The translations under genes and the position numbers were made by a program. The notes beneath the pieces were generated by a model. That model had not been told where the DNA came from. It worked only from the letters and a program-made list of their open reading frames with translations, and did not search any database. A stretch of DNA of 63,641 bases, filler included, from Octopus bimaculoides (taxonomy: Eukaryota), in assembly GCF_001194135.2 (NCBI RefSeq). It is 4 parts of 4 records of this genome, joined end to end, with 100 filler letters (N's around TTAATTAATTAA, not from the genome) between each part and the next. Parts side by side here need not be neighbours in the genome. Positions count along the whole stretch, not along the records: positions 1 to 31,600 come from NC_069004.1; positions 31,701 to 51,205 come from NC_068985.1; 2 more parts are not named here. The stretch is one strand, 5' to 3'. Shown here in pieces: positions 22,418 through 36,305 of the stretch (position 1 is its first letter; each line of letters begins with the position of its first letter).

Positions 22418-24635
22418 CTGAACAAATAGAACAACATACCTACACACACATACACACACACACAGACACACATGTAGCATTTTTTAAATTCACAAACATG
22501 TTAACATGTATACAATAAGGGAAAGGGAGGGAAAAAGAAAATGATACTTTGCAAAACAATGACTGTATCAAGAACAACGTCTAGAATTGCAATTAAATTT
22601 CAATGGTTTGACCAAATATATTTCCCTTTTCCAATTGTAATGTGCATATTTACAAGTATGCCAATATGTATGTAATGAGGGAAGAAAAAAGAGGGAGAAA
22701 GAGATGCTTTCCAAAGTAGTGAATAAATCAAGAATAACATCTTGAATTGTAATTAAATTTCAATGGGTTGACCAGATCAATGCAATATAATTGAAAGGAA
22801 ACCGCTCTCTCTCTCTCTCTCTCTCTCTCTCCCCCCCCCTCTCTCTCNNNNNNNNNNNNNNNNNNNNNNNNNNNNNNNNNNNNNNNNNNNNNNNNNNNNN
22901 NNNNNNNNNNNNNNNNNNNNNNNNNNNNNNNNNNNNNNNNNNNNNNNNNNNNNNNNNNNNNNNNNNNNNNNNNNNNNNNNNNNNNNNNNNNNNNNNNNNN
23001 NNNNNNNNNNNNNNNNNNNNNNNNNNNNNNNNNNNNNNNNNNNNNNNNNNNNNNNNNNNNNNNNNNNNNNNNNNNNNNNNNNNNNNNNNNNNNNNNNNNN
23101 NNNNNNNNNNNNNNNNNNNNNNNNNNNNNNNNNNNNNNNNNNNNNNNNNNNNNNNNNNNNNNNNNNNNNNNNNNNNNNNNNNNNNNNNNNNNNNNNNNNN
23201 NNNNNNNNNNNNNNNNNNNNNNNNNNNNNNNNNNNNNNNNNNNNNNNNNNNNNNNNNNNNNNNNNNNNNNNNNNNNNNNNNNNNNNNNNNNNNNNNNNNN
23301 NNNNNNNNNNNNNNNNNNNNNNNNNNNNNNNNNNNNNNNNNNNNNNNNNNNNNNNNNNNNNNNNNNNNNNNNNNNNNNNNNNNNNNNNNNNNNNNNNNNN
23401 NNNNNNNNNNNNNNNNNNNNNNNNNNNNNNNNNNNNNNNNNNNNNNNNNNNNNNNNNNNNNNNNNNNNNNNNNNNNNNNNNNNNNNNNNNNNNNNNNNNN
23501 NNNNNNNNNNNNNNNNNNNNNNNNNNNNNNNNNNNNNNNNNNNNNNNNNNNNNNNNNNNNNNNNNNNNNNNNNNNNNNNNNNNNNNNNNNNNNNNNNNNN
23601 NNNNNNNNNNNNNNNNNNNNNNNNNNNNNNNNNNNNNNNNNNNNNNNNNNNNNNNNNNNNNNNNNNNNNNNNNNNNNNNNNNNNNNNNNNNNNNNNNNNN
23701 NNNNNNNNNNNNNNNNNNNNNNNNNNNNNNNNNNNNNNNNNNNNNNNNNNNNNNNNNNNNNNNNNNNNNNNNNNNNNNNNNNNNNNNNNNNNNNNNNNNN
23801 NNNNNNNNNNNNTACACACACACACACAAAACTGGTTTCTTTCAGTTTCTGTCTACCAAATCCACTCACAAGGCTTTGGTCGGCACAAGGCACAATAGTA
23901 GAAGGTGTCATGCAGTGGGACTGAACCCAGAACCATGTGGTTGGTAAGCAAGCTACTTACCACACAGCCTCCTGTATTTGAACAATTTTCAATATTGCCT
24001 TGTAACACTCTTCAGTGTGGAAACAATGGTAATATTCTGACCAGCTAAAGGCGTCTACCTGACAGAAACCTTACCAAACCTTAGGCAAGCTGGCAGAAAT
24101 GTTAGCATGCCAGGCAAAATGCTTAGCGGTATTTCGTCTGCTGCTAAATTCCACCGACGTCGACTTTACCATTCATCCTTTCGGGGTCAGTTAAATAAGT
24201 ACCAGTTACGTACTGGGGTCGATATAATCAGCTTAATCCATTTTTCTGTCCTTGTTTGTCCCCTCTGTGTGTAGCCCTTGTGGGCAGTAAAGAAATAAGA
24301 AACCTTAGCACGCTGGGCTAAATGCTTAGTGGTATTTTGTCTGTCTTTACGTTCTGAGTTCAAATTCTGCCGAGGTCGACTTTACCTTTCATCCTTTTGG
24401 GGGTTGATAAATTAAGTACCAGTTGTGTACTGGGGTTGATCTAATTGACTGGCATCTTCCCCCAAAATTTTGGGCCTTATGTCTAGAAGTAGAAACGAAT
24501 ATTATGACCAGCTTTATGCCATAATCAGTAATATACTATTTGACGAAATAAATAAATATATAAAATAAATCTGTGTGAGTGTGTGTGTGCGTTATGTATA
24601 AATTGATGTTCTATAAATATTTTTATATATATTTC

Positions 24636-24681
<46 letters not shown>

Positions 24682-24779
24682 TTATATATCAATCATCATC
24701 ATCATTTAATATCTATTTCCCATGCTGGCGTGGGTTGGTCTCTGTGCATGTATAGATATCTGCCTACTTATCACTTTCT

Positions 24780-24794
24780 CTGTATGTATGTATT

Positions 24795-24825
<31 letters not shown>

Positions 24826-24904
24826 ATATGTATATATGTGTATATATATATATATGTACGTATATATGCATATATGTATGTATATATGTATATGTATGTA
24901 TGTG

Positions 24905-24983
<79 letters not shown>

Positions 24984-25256
24984 TATATATGTATGTATAT
25001 ATATGTTTATATATGTATATGTATGCATATATATCTATGTATATGTATGTATATATATGTATAGTATGTATATATGTATATGTATGTATATATGTATGTA
25101 TATATGTATATATATATGTGTGTAGATACGTGTATGTGTGTGTGTGTATATATATATATGTATATATATATATAAATATATATCTGTATGTGTGTGTGTA
25201 GATACGTGGATGTGTGTGTGTATATACATGTGTATATATATGTGTATATATGTATA

Positions 25257-25310
<54 letters not shown>
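24780..25310. repeat. Compound (TA)/(TG)/(TATG) microsatellite
   Basis: Read directly; source of the poly-YI/CV ORFs. Confidence 0.95.
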
Positions 25311-25313
<3 letters not shown>

Positions 25314-25393
25314 AAACGGATGGTTCATACCTGGTAGCTTACTGGTAAAGCATTGTCTCTTTTATAGTGATCATTAGGTATATGACAAACAAA

Positions 25394-25588
25394 AGACAGA
25401 AGATGGAATATACGAGAATTTATTATTAATCATGACAACTGTTTCAACATATTTAGCATCGATTCCTCTTGGGTGAAGGTGGAATATACGAGAATTTGTA
25501 TATACGTATATAAAAGGATTCCATGCTAGATGTGTCGAAACTATTGTCATAATTAATGATAAATTTTTGTATATTTCATCTTCTGTCT
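25394..25588. repeat. Inverted PLE-type termini (about 74-nt arms)
   Basis: 25394-25467 is the diverged reverse complement of 25515-25588; the arms carry GAAAC-AGTT/TATT-GTC. Confidence 0.75.
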
Positions 25589-26190
25589 NNNNNNNNNNNN
25601 NNNNNNNNNNNNNNNNNNNNNNNNNNNNNNNNNNNNNNNNNNNNNNNNNNNNNNNNNNNNNNNNNNNNNNNNNNNNNNNNNNNNNNNNNNNNNNNNNNNN
25701 NNNNNNNNNNNNNNNNNNNNNNNNNNNNNNNNNNNNNNNNNNNNNNNNNNNNNNNNNNNNNNNNNNNNNNNNNNNNNNNNNNNNNNNNNNNNNNNNNNNN
25801 NNNNNNNNNNNNNNNNNNNNNNNNNNNNNNNNNNNNNNNNNNNNNNNNNNNNNNNNNNNNNNNNNNNNNNNNNNNNNNNNNNNNNNNNNNNNNNNNNNNN
25901 NNNNNNNNNNNNNNNNNNNNNNNNNNNNNNNNNNNNNNNNNNNNNNNNNNNNNNNNNNNNNNNNNNNNNNNNNNNNNNNNNNNNNNNNNNNNNNNNNNNN
26001 NNNNNNNNNNNNNNNNNNNNNNNNNNNNNNNNNNNNNNNNNNNNNNNNNNNNNNNNNNNNNNNNNNNNNNNNNNNNNNNNNNNNNNNNNNNNNNNNNNNN
26101 NNNNNNNNNNNNNNNNNNNNNNNNNNNNNNNNNNNNNNNNNNNNNNNNNNNNNNNNNNNNNNNNNNNNNNNNNNNNNNNNNNNNNNNNAA

Positions 26191-26228
<38 letters not shown>

Positions 26229-26230
26229 GA

Positions 26231-26262
<32 letters not shown>

Positions 26263-27516
26263 ATATGTATTTATATATATATATATATATTTATATATGT
26301 ATATGTATATATGTGTGTATATATATATATTCATGTATATGTGTATATACACATGTGCACAACATATACACTATTGTTTGCATTTGCTGATGTGGCACCA
26401 AAGGCCCTGTCTTTGATGGTCACTAGGAAATGATGAGTTGGTAAATTTATATTGTTTGGTGCCAAGGGCAAATGCAGTTCCAGGTGAAGTGAATTTCCAT
26501 TTTACGTCCGTAGAGCATTGGAACCAAGCTCTGCACTCTTATTTTCCAGACATCATTGAGTCGGTGTTGCTGCTACTGCTACGACTGCCTCTACTAATGT
26601 ACACTTACCTATATAGACATAAATGTGAGTGTGTGATTAAGAAGGTTGTTTGTCAACCACATAGTTTCAGGTTCAATCCCACTGTGTGGTTTCTCTAACA
26701 AGTGCCTTCTGTATACCCCTGGACAGCCAAAGTCTTGTGAATATATCTGGTAGAGAGAAACTAAAAGAAACATTTTTGTATACATATATATGTGCATATA
26801 TATCATTATCATCATCATCATCATCATCATCATTTAATGTCCGTTGTCCATCCTAGCATGGGCTGGACGATTTGACCAGGGCTGGCAAGCTGTAAGGCTG
26901 CACCAGACTCCTGTCTGATTTGGCAGGTTTTTCTACAGCTTTATGCCCTTCTAATGCCAACCACTCTGAGAGTGTAGTGGCTGCTTTTATGTACTAGCGG
27001 CACGGGTGCCATTTGCATGACACCAGTATGTGCCATGACTGCAATTTTGTTCGGCTTGATAGGTCTTCTTCTCAACCATAATGCCAAAGGTCTCGGTCGT
27101 TATATATATATATATATATATATNNNNNNNNNNNNNNNNNNNNNNNNNNNNNNNNNNNNNNNNNNNNNNNNNNNNNNNNNNNNNNNNNNNNNNNNNNNNN
27201 NNNNNNNNNNNNNNNNNNNNNNNNNNNNNNNNNNNACAAGTCCGCGCAAGGTTGTTTATGGAAGGCCAGCCGTCACCCATGCATACCAGCCTCCCCTCTC
27301 CACGCCGCTGATGTTATCCAAGGGAAAGGCAAAGGGGCCGATACAGCTTGGCACCTGTGACGTCGCAACTCATTTCTACAGCTGAGTGAACTGGAGCAAC
27401 GTGAAATAAAGTGTCATGCTCAAGAACACAACACGCAGCCCAGTCCGGGAATCGAACTCACTGCCTCAAGATCATAAGCTCGATGCTCTAACCACTGAGC
27501 CATATATGTGTGTGTG

Positions 27517-27570
<54 letters not shown>

Positions 27571-28169
27571 TGATCATGATAATAAAAATAATAATAATAA
27601 TAATAATAATAATACAGTGTTAAATTTCTCTATCTCTGTAGAATCTTAGTCAATCAAATATGAGATTAATTAATATGCATAATCATTAAATTGCAGAATT
27701 TTGGAATTTGCCAATCTAGCTGAAACATTTGTAAGCTAATTAAATAATGTATAATTGTCCATTCTTTTGTGTTCTTCTACTCTACTCTTTGACCTTATAT
27801 CAAATTTATTTGGTGATTTAACTGTGGATTTACAAATTGGACATGCAGCAGTAGGTAATTTACATGGATAACAGTGGCTTTCACTGGTCGATTTAGTTAG
27901 CCGACCTTGATCCCTGCAGAGTTCTTAAAAGATATTCGCCTAGAGTTTTAATCACTTTTTGTTTTGTGATTTGACCTCTCTCACTCTCCCTCTCACATAC
28001 AAACGTGTGAGATGCATTCTAGAAGTTTTGAGATTGTTTTAGGAGAGGCAGTTATAACTGGCCTAGATTATTGTAATTTTAGTATATCATAACTATAAAT
28101 AGTATATTGTAACTATAAATCTAGTAAGCTGACCTGCAAATCTTTTATTCTAGATTGAAGGAACTGGCT

Positions 28170-28830
28170 GTAACAGTATTTTGAATGCACCCCCCTAAAC
28201 ACGACTCATCACAGTTGACTGGTTTGCAGAATGCAGTCAGGACTTAGAAACAATTTGGAAGTTCATTGTGCAATAAAGTTTTGTGTTAGAGTGGGCAAGA
28301 ACACTGCAGAAACCTATGAAATGCTGCGGACTGCTTATGGATTATCTGGTAGGAGCTAAACATCTGGTTTTTATTTTTTGCTGGCACAAAAAGGTCAAGC
28401 AAAGCAATTCCACCAGGAAGATTATGATGATCCCCTTTTTCAATAGCAAGGATATCACCTACATCCACTGGGTTTCTTCTGGCCAAATGGTTGAGTAAGA
28501 GTACTGTGAGGAGGTTTTGAGGGGGTTCAAGAGATTTGGTTTCAAAAGGCCAGAGCACCTGTAGCAAGAGAATACATTAATCCTCAATTCCATGCTGACA
28601 AAGGCAGGCATCAAAACTGTCCCTCAGCCTCCCTACAGTCCAGACTTAGTTCCCTGATACTTTTCATTGTTCCCCAAGCTGAAGGAGAAGATAAAGGAAG
28701 CAGTGAGAAAAGTTCAAGAACCCCTTCAATTTTCATGGAACCTTCATGAAGTGGCTGGAATGCTACATGTTGCATTGAAGTGAAGGGAGATTATTTTGAA
28801 GGAGATTAGAGTTTTGGACATCTTTGAAAT
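28170..28830 (+). mobile_element. mariner transposase remnant
   Basis: KKVKQSNSTRKIMMIPFFNSKDITYIHWV...GIKTVPQPPYSPDLVP*YFSLFPKLK (YSPDL motif); GDYFEGD-like 3' end. Confidence 0.85.
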
Positions 28831-28969
28831 AAAGATATGTCTCTCCTTATGCAATGGACATTATGCAAGCGCATGTGTACAAATGAAAGTCTGGAAGCTC
28901 AGTAAGGATGAGTGTTTTACAAAAATTTTTGCATCAGACAGCAAGATGCAATGCTATAAACCAGTGCTC

Positions 28970-29259
28970 CACAACCTTTTTTCGATTGCGGTACGCATAT
29001 TCTTTTCAAAATTCGGTAGCACACCTGAACTAAAATTATAACTAAATATATTCTTTTAATCTTTTATTTGTTTCAGTCATTTGACTGTGGCCATGCTGGA
29101 GCACCGCCTTTAGTCAAACAAACCGACCCCAGGACTTATTCTTTGTAAGCCTAGTACTTATTCTATTGGTTGCTTCTGCCAAACCACTAAGTTAAAGGGG
29201 CATAAACACACCAACATCTGTTGTCAAGCAATGGTGGGGAGTCAAACACAGACAAACAA

Positions 29260-29290
<31 letters not shown>

Positions 29291-29520
29291 GTCTCTGTCT
29301 ACCAAATCCACTCACAAGGCTTTGGTTGACCTGAGGCTACAGCAGAAGACACTTGCCCAAGGTGCCACTTAGTGGGACTGAACCCAGAATTATGGGGTTG
29401 GGAAGCAAGCCACTCCTGTACCTGTAGGCAAAAACAATTATATTCAGGTTACACTACAGCATACCTAACTTTATCTCATGGCACACCAGTGTGCCATGGT
29501 ATACCGGTTGCACCGTTATA
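28970..29520 (+). mobile_element. Decayed hAT-type MITE with an internal SINE A insertion
   Basis: CAGTGCTCCACAACC left end; GGCACACCAGTGTGCCATGG...CCGGTTG right region; right TIR degraded. Confidence 0.45.
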
Positions 29521-30063
29521 AGTCGCAATAAAACAGAAATGATGACACACACGCGCGCACACACACACCCACACACACACGCACACACACACACACATAT
29601 ATATATGTATATAGTCCCACCCATGGTAGCAAGGAAGGCGGATGTTGAAAAATGATGATGTTATATGAAATATCTGTTACTTATTTCAGTTCGTAGACTG
29701 CAGCCATGCTGTGATTCTGTGCTGAAGAGTTTCTAGTTGAATGAATCAATGACAATCCTTTTTTTTAAAGCCTGGTACTTATTTTATCGTTTTCTTTTTC
29801 TGAACTACTAAGTTGCAGGGATGTAAACACACCAACACCACTTGTCAAGTGGTGGTGCGGAACAAACACACACATGCACACTCACACACATGCACACTCA
29901 CACACACAAACATACAAACATACATACATACACATATATATTTAAGGCTTTGGGTGGCCTGTGATTATAATATAAGATACTTGCCCTAGGTGTCATGTAT
30001 TGAGACTGAACTTGGAACCATGTGGTTGTGAAGCAAGCTCCTTACCACACAGCCATGCTTGCA

Positions 30064-30100
<37 letters not shown>

Positions 30101-30865
30101 TTATATATGTGTGTGTGTGTATACATATATATGTATATGCATGCTTGTGTGTGTGTACGTGTACACATACATACATGCTGGTGTATATGTATGTAGCTAG
30201 CCACCTACATACATGCATTGCAAGTTCTCCACTTACACTTTCCATTCTTCTTCTTTCTCTCTCTTTCTCTCTCAGTTTACTCATCACCACTCACTCATCT
30301 ATCAGCATCGATGTTGTTTCTTACCCATCCTAGCACACACACACACACACATGCGCACATTATTTCTCAACCACCACCACCACAACTGCCACCAGCGCCT
30401 CCGTTCCCACCACCATCGCCTTCTGCAGCAGCAGCAGCAGCACCACTGCCACCACCATCACCACCACTACCACCGCCTTCTGCATCACCACCACCACCAC
30501 CGACTCATGTAATATCGAGCAAGGAAAGCGATAACTCTTTGATTACGATTACACGTAGAATGGGTTTCCATAGAAAGACTAAAGCAACCTGATATCTGGT
30601 TCTTAATTCACTTGTCTCTACTTTCTCCTTNNNNNNNNNNNNNNNNNNNNNNNNNNNNNNNNNNNNNNNNNNNNNNNNNNNNNNNNNNNNNNNNNNNNNN
30701 NNNNNNNNNNNNNNNNNNNNNNNNNNNNNNNNNNNNNNNNNNNNNNNNNNNNNNNNNNNNNNNNNNNNNNNNNNNNNNNNNNNNNNNNNNNNNNNNNNNN
30801 NNNNNNNNCTTCATTATTGACTCTGATGGACGATGCATCTTAAGTTGATAAAAGCCACAATATAA

Positions 30866-30920
<55 letters not shown>

Positions 30921-31251
30921 CCCTCTTGTGATTGGGTGTGTCTGTGGATGTGTTGGAGTAAGTTTTTAGGAGCTCTACCAGTTGAGGCAATACTGCTGCT
31001 TCTTTAAGCTGATTCCATTTCTCTTTTATGGAGGTTTATAGCACTGCAACTTGCTGTCTGATGCCATGGAGAAATGCGATCATTTTTCTAAAACACTCAT
31101 CGTATCTTAGTCGGCACCAAACTTCCAGACTTCCATTTAATTGATGGTGCTTCAGCGTTCCAGTGCAGGTCACAATCTTGTCTCATTCTCTGTCTCTCTC
31201 TTGCTTTCTCTTTTTGTGTGTGCCTCTCTCCTTCCTCTCTCTCTCTCTCTG

Positions 31252-31288
<37 letters not shown>

Positions 31289-31600
31289 TGTCTGTGTATG
31301 TATGTGTTTATGTATATGTGATTGTGTTATATGTGTTTCTGTATATATGTATGTATATCTATATGTGTGTTTGTATATATGTGTTTGCATGTATGTGTGA
31401 GTATACATAGAAATGTATGTATATATGTTTACATACATTCTTTTACTTCTTTCAGTAATTTGACTGTGGCCAAATATGCATAAATGTGTGTGTGTGTGTG
31501 TGTGTGTATACACACAAACACACACACACACTTAGCACCATCCAACATTATTACCACTCTCTTATGTGCAAGTGGCGTCAGAACATTTCAGTATATGACC

Positions 31601-31700
31601 NNNNNNNNNNNNNNNNNNNNNNNNNNNNNNNNNNNNNNNNNNNNTTAATTAATTAANNNNNNNNNNNNNNNNNNNNNNNNNNNNNNNNNNNNNNNNNNNN
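31601..31700. other. Artificial scaffold spacer (44 N + TTAATTAATTAA + 44 N)
   Basis: Exactly 100 nt; the palindrome has stops in all six frames; identical at 51206 and 62265. Confidence 0.95.
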
Positions 31701-32189
31701 GTGTATATATATATTTATATATTTATACATGTATACATAAATATATATGTATGAATGTATCTATCTATATTTGCTATGTCTACAACTTTCTTATAAATGT
31801 TGTAATATATAACAAGCTACTTGAGTTCAATTCAAAACAGGATGGATAGACATTCATTATATAACAAATATGACAGCTGCCGCCTTTCAGCGTTGTTTAC
31901 TTTTTTTTGTTAACTGGTGTTGAACCTGGTTTTAAATTTCATGTCAAAAAAAAAAAAAAAGAAAAGAAAACTACTGAGGCTCAGTAATAACTAGTTTGAC
32001 TGTTTCAACGATATTTATTTGTTCTAACGGTCTCTGTCGACAGAATATACTAATTCGGGAACCATGTTTACTTTACATAGTTCAGTTGGATTGCTCTTGC
32101 CCTTGGGGTATAAAGAAATGAATATATATAGATTATTCATGAGCCTTGTGGCAATTTTTATATAAGTACTCGCACAGAGCTTCAATGTA

Positions 32190-32280
<91 letters not shown>

Positions 32281-33290
32281 CTGACGTAGCTGTGTGGTAA
32301 GAAGGTTGCTTTCCAACCATAAGGTTCCGCGTTCAGTTCCACTGTGAGGCACTTTGGACAAGTGTCTTCTACTATACCCTCAGGCAGACCAAAGTGTTTG
32401 TGAGTGGATATGGTAGACGGAAACTGAAAGATGCCCTTCGGATGTGTGTGTGTGTCTGTGTCTGTTTAACCTTCACAAGCGCTTGAGAACCGGTGTAGGT
32501 GTGTTTGCATCCCCGTAGCATAGAGGTTCGGCAAAAGAAAATATACAGCTATACAGACATAAACACACACACACACAGTTACTTACATAGAAACACGTGC
32601 ACGCTGGAATACACAGGCACATATATATATATGCGCATGCATATATGTATATATATATATATATATATATNNNNNNNNNNNNNNNNNNNNNNNNNNNNNN
32701 NNNNNNNNNNNNNNNNNNNNNNNNNNNNNNNNNNNNNNNNNNNNNNNNNNNNNNNNNNNNNNNNNNNNNNNNNNNNNNNNNNNNNNNNNNNNNNNNNNNN
32801 NNNNNNNNNNNNNNNNNNNNNNNNNNNNNNNNNNNNNNNNNNNNNNNNNNNNNNNNNNNNNNNNNNNNNNNNNNNNNNNNNNNNNNNNNNNNNNNNNNNN
32901 NNNNNNNNNNNNNNNNNNNNNNNNNNNNNNNNNNNNNNNNNNNNNNNNNNNNNNNNNNNNNNNNNNNNNNNNNNNNNNNNNNNNNNNNNNNNNNNNNNNN
33001 NNNNNNNNNNNNNNNNNNNNNNNNNNNNNNNNNNNNNNNNNNNNNNNNNNNNNNNNNNNNNNNNNNNNNNNNNNNNNNNNNNNNNNNNNNNNNNNNNNNN
33101 NNNNNNNNNNNNNNNNNNNNNNNNNNNNNNNNNNNNNNNNNNNNNNNNNNNNNNNNNNNNNACACTTTTACATGCACACACATGCATTCACATACACACA
33201 CGCTTGAGTAGACTCGCACAATGCTTATCACACACTTACTTACACACATGCACCGAAGCAAGCACATACACACAAGCAGGATCATACAGA

Positions 33291-33330
<40 letters not shown>

Positions 33331-33540
33331 AATACACGCGTATCTACACGCGCTCATCTCCCTTACACGAATGCACTCCACCCCCAACTTCACCCGCAAA
33401 AATATCACATAAAATTCTTCAATAGCTTCCCTTCTACATAACTAGTCCACAACATCAGACATGAAAGAATAGTACGAAGTACATACATACAACACACACA
33501 CACACATACATCAACCACACATGCATCATCATCATCGTCG

Positions 33541-33584
<44 letters not shown>

Positions 33585-35149
33585 GTGATGTTAGTGTATT
33601 TTTCCTTTGCCAATTTTCCCACAGAAATAAGGATTTGGTATATTTGCAGTAGTTGAAATCCTGGCATCATTTGCCCCGATCTAATGTTATCTTACCCTCT
33701 GTCAAGTAAGACAATGTTTGCCGCTGTGACCTTACTATTCAACATCGCTTTCGTCATTGGTCTCTATTCTTGTCAAGGCCAGGAGCTTTACTTCTTGAAT
33801 CAGCCAAAATCGAAATACATTTCCTTGCGTCTTCATTCTATTTTGCAACATCAGCAAAAGTACATGACTCCTGTATTCGAGAAAATCTCAACCGGTTTTC
33901 TATAGTTTATCGTTCTGTTCTATAACGAGGTCCATAATGACACAATAGTGTTGCAGGAACTGTATCGCCTGTGCACCGCGTGTCACCATGACTCTGGCAA
34001 CACGGGTTCTTCCTCGTTTTAAACGTTTCTACAGCTCTCAGTTCGTATCCACATCAGGTGGTAGCTGTTCGCTAGTCAGAATTTCTATCTCTATTGTACA
34101 TTATAGGCTGCTGCTTCCTTCCACCCACAGAGTCATTCTTTACTTCTCTCTCTTATTGATGAGTTAACCCCAAGAGAAGAATGACATATTTAAGAGAGTT
34201 TCTTTTCTTTGACTTCAGTTAACTTCTTAAGCGACGAGAAGACAGAAAAGCAACGAGCTAGCAGAATCGTTATCGCAGGCGGGCGAAATGCTTAGCGGTC
34301 TTTCGTCCGTTTTTACATTTTGAGTACAAATTCTGCTGAGGTCAACTTTGCTCTTCATCCTTTCGGGGTCGATAAAATAAATACCAGTTTATATAATAGA
34401 TCGTGGAGTTTAATCACTTCCTGACGTCATTAGTGTAGACAACCTCGCAGCAAATATTTAGTTTACTGCACAAAAAGAATATTCGGTCCTCAAGTATACC
34501 TTCGAACAACACTATAGGCCCGTTGACTTTTGCTTTCTCTAAAATCTTGCTGATCGGAGATCTATGATTGTTCTATCCTGTATACTTTAAAAAAAAAATG
34601 CAGGACAAACTCATTTATCAAACCCTTTCTCAAAAACATTTCACATATGCTTTGCAAGATTGAGTTCTCGGTTTGCAATTGCTTTGTCATGATGAACCCC
34701 TACTTGCACAGAGATTAGAGCCTCGTTTAGTTCTAGAGCTTTTCACTTGAGGATTAAGAACCCAAAGGGTCGGTGAATGAAAATGAGAGGTGAGCTCAAC
34801 TTGTAACGTTTTAGGAATGCCGAGTTTTTACCTAATTCAAGCAGTACTATAACAAGATTTATTCTAGATTTTAGATAACTTAAAGACTTTATACATTTCT
34901 CCCGCTTGTACTTTTTTTCATATTTATTAAATCGACAATTAGAAATTACTGCGGTTTCAAACTTCCTAGACTACATTCAAAACGAATGTACTCTCTTTTT
35001 TCAACATACTAAAACCTCTGGGCGACAAACGCGCTCTCTCTTCAGTTTCACTAAGTACCGAAGAGCGTTGTAGACGCGATAAAAAAGAAACACTAAAAAG
35101 ACAGGACATTTGTAGGTCATCCTCAGGCAGAATGAGCATGTTTATGTGA

Positions 35150-35700
35150 TTAGGATGGCTCTTCGAGTTCCAGATACACTTCATCCTACATTCTTCCGTA
35201 CAGTTTCTATTTAACCAATTTTATTGATAAATTTTCAGAACATGCTAAAGGCTTGCTCCGAAGCGATTTCCGAAGACATTTTCTCAAATTGTCACGCAGT
35301 AGAATAGAACCCAAAATCAATGATTACGAAGTGAGTGAGCTTCTTAAGTATTTCACTTTCCAGTATTGACAGGAATCTATTGTGAGATTTCGGTGCTGTT
35401 TTTGATTTCTTCTGATCCAGAAATTACAAAAGCACTTGCTCATATGCAATATATCATCGATCGATATTACTCGCCATGTATCACGTCAATGTAATATCAT
35501 GTATTACTCTTCATGTATCATTCTTGTGGTAAAATTGTCTGAAATTTTCTAAACAGGAAATTGTCATGTTTTTATATTTTCTCCTTCAACGAAGGTCATT
35601 TTGACCTGATGCACTCTAACTTGGCATAACAAATGGATTAAGAGGCATTGTCTTCTTATAATATGATCTTGTTTTTTTTTTTGCCAATAATTTTCATTAC
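35150..35700 (-). mobile_element. hAT transposase C-terminal (dimerisation) remnant
   Basis: FLDQKKSK (cf. LDPRFK), IDSCQYWKVK (cf. D.L.WWK), MSSEIASEQAFSM (cf. S.ASE.AFS); many stops. Confidence 0.6.
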
Positions 35701-36272
35701 TATTCATCCTTAGCGTAGGATAATTATTTCCTTTTATGTAGAGTCTCCATCATGACTTTCTCTTATAACTACTTAGCTATTATGTACTTTTATGATCATA
35801 TTTTTGTAACATATTCTAGCAACATGCAAACGTAGAGCAACTTACATGTAGCTGAATTCAAAACAATATTTAGTGGCTTTTAAAGTAAATATTACATACA
35901 GCACAATATAAAATCTAAAATACGCAGAAGCCTGATTTTTATCTTTTTCTCTCTTTTATTATCTGTCGAGGGTCCAAAATGTAGATATACTTTTTTTATT
36001 CTTTTTCACACGACAGTTGCAGTTATATTACATTTATTTTCATATATATATCTTTTACTCTTTTACTCTTTAACTTGTTTCAGTCATTTGACAGTGGCCA
36101 TGCAGGAGCACCGCCTTTAGTCGAGCAAATCGACCCCAGGACTTATTCTTTGTAAGCCTAGTACTTATTCTATCGGTCAATTTTGCCGAACCGCTAAGTT
36201 ACGGGGTCGTAAACACGCCAGCATCGGTTGTCAAGCGATGTTAGGTGGACAAACACAGACACACAAGCATAT

Positions 36273-36305
<33 letters not shown>

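Noticed and set aside
26428-26540. C/D snoRNA suggested by AATGATGA
   Set aside because: No downstream CTGA D box with a terminal stem at plausible spacing.
27740-27913. Minus-strand open frame with CYPC...CPICK (zinc-finger-like)
   Set aside because: Weak splice sites, incomplete ligand spacing and no supporting neighbouring exon.
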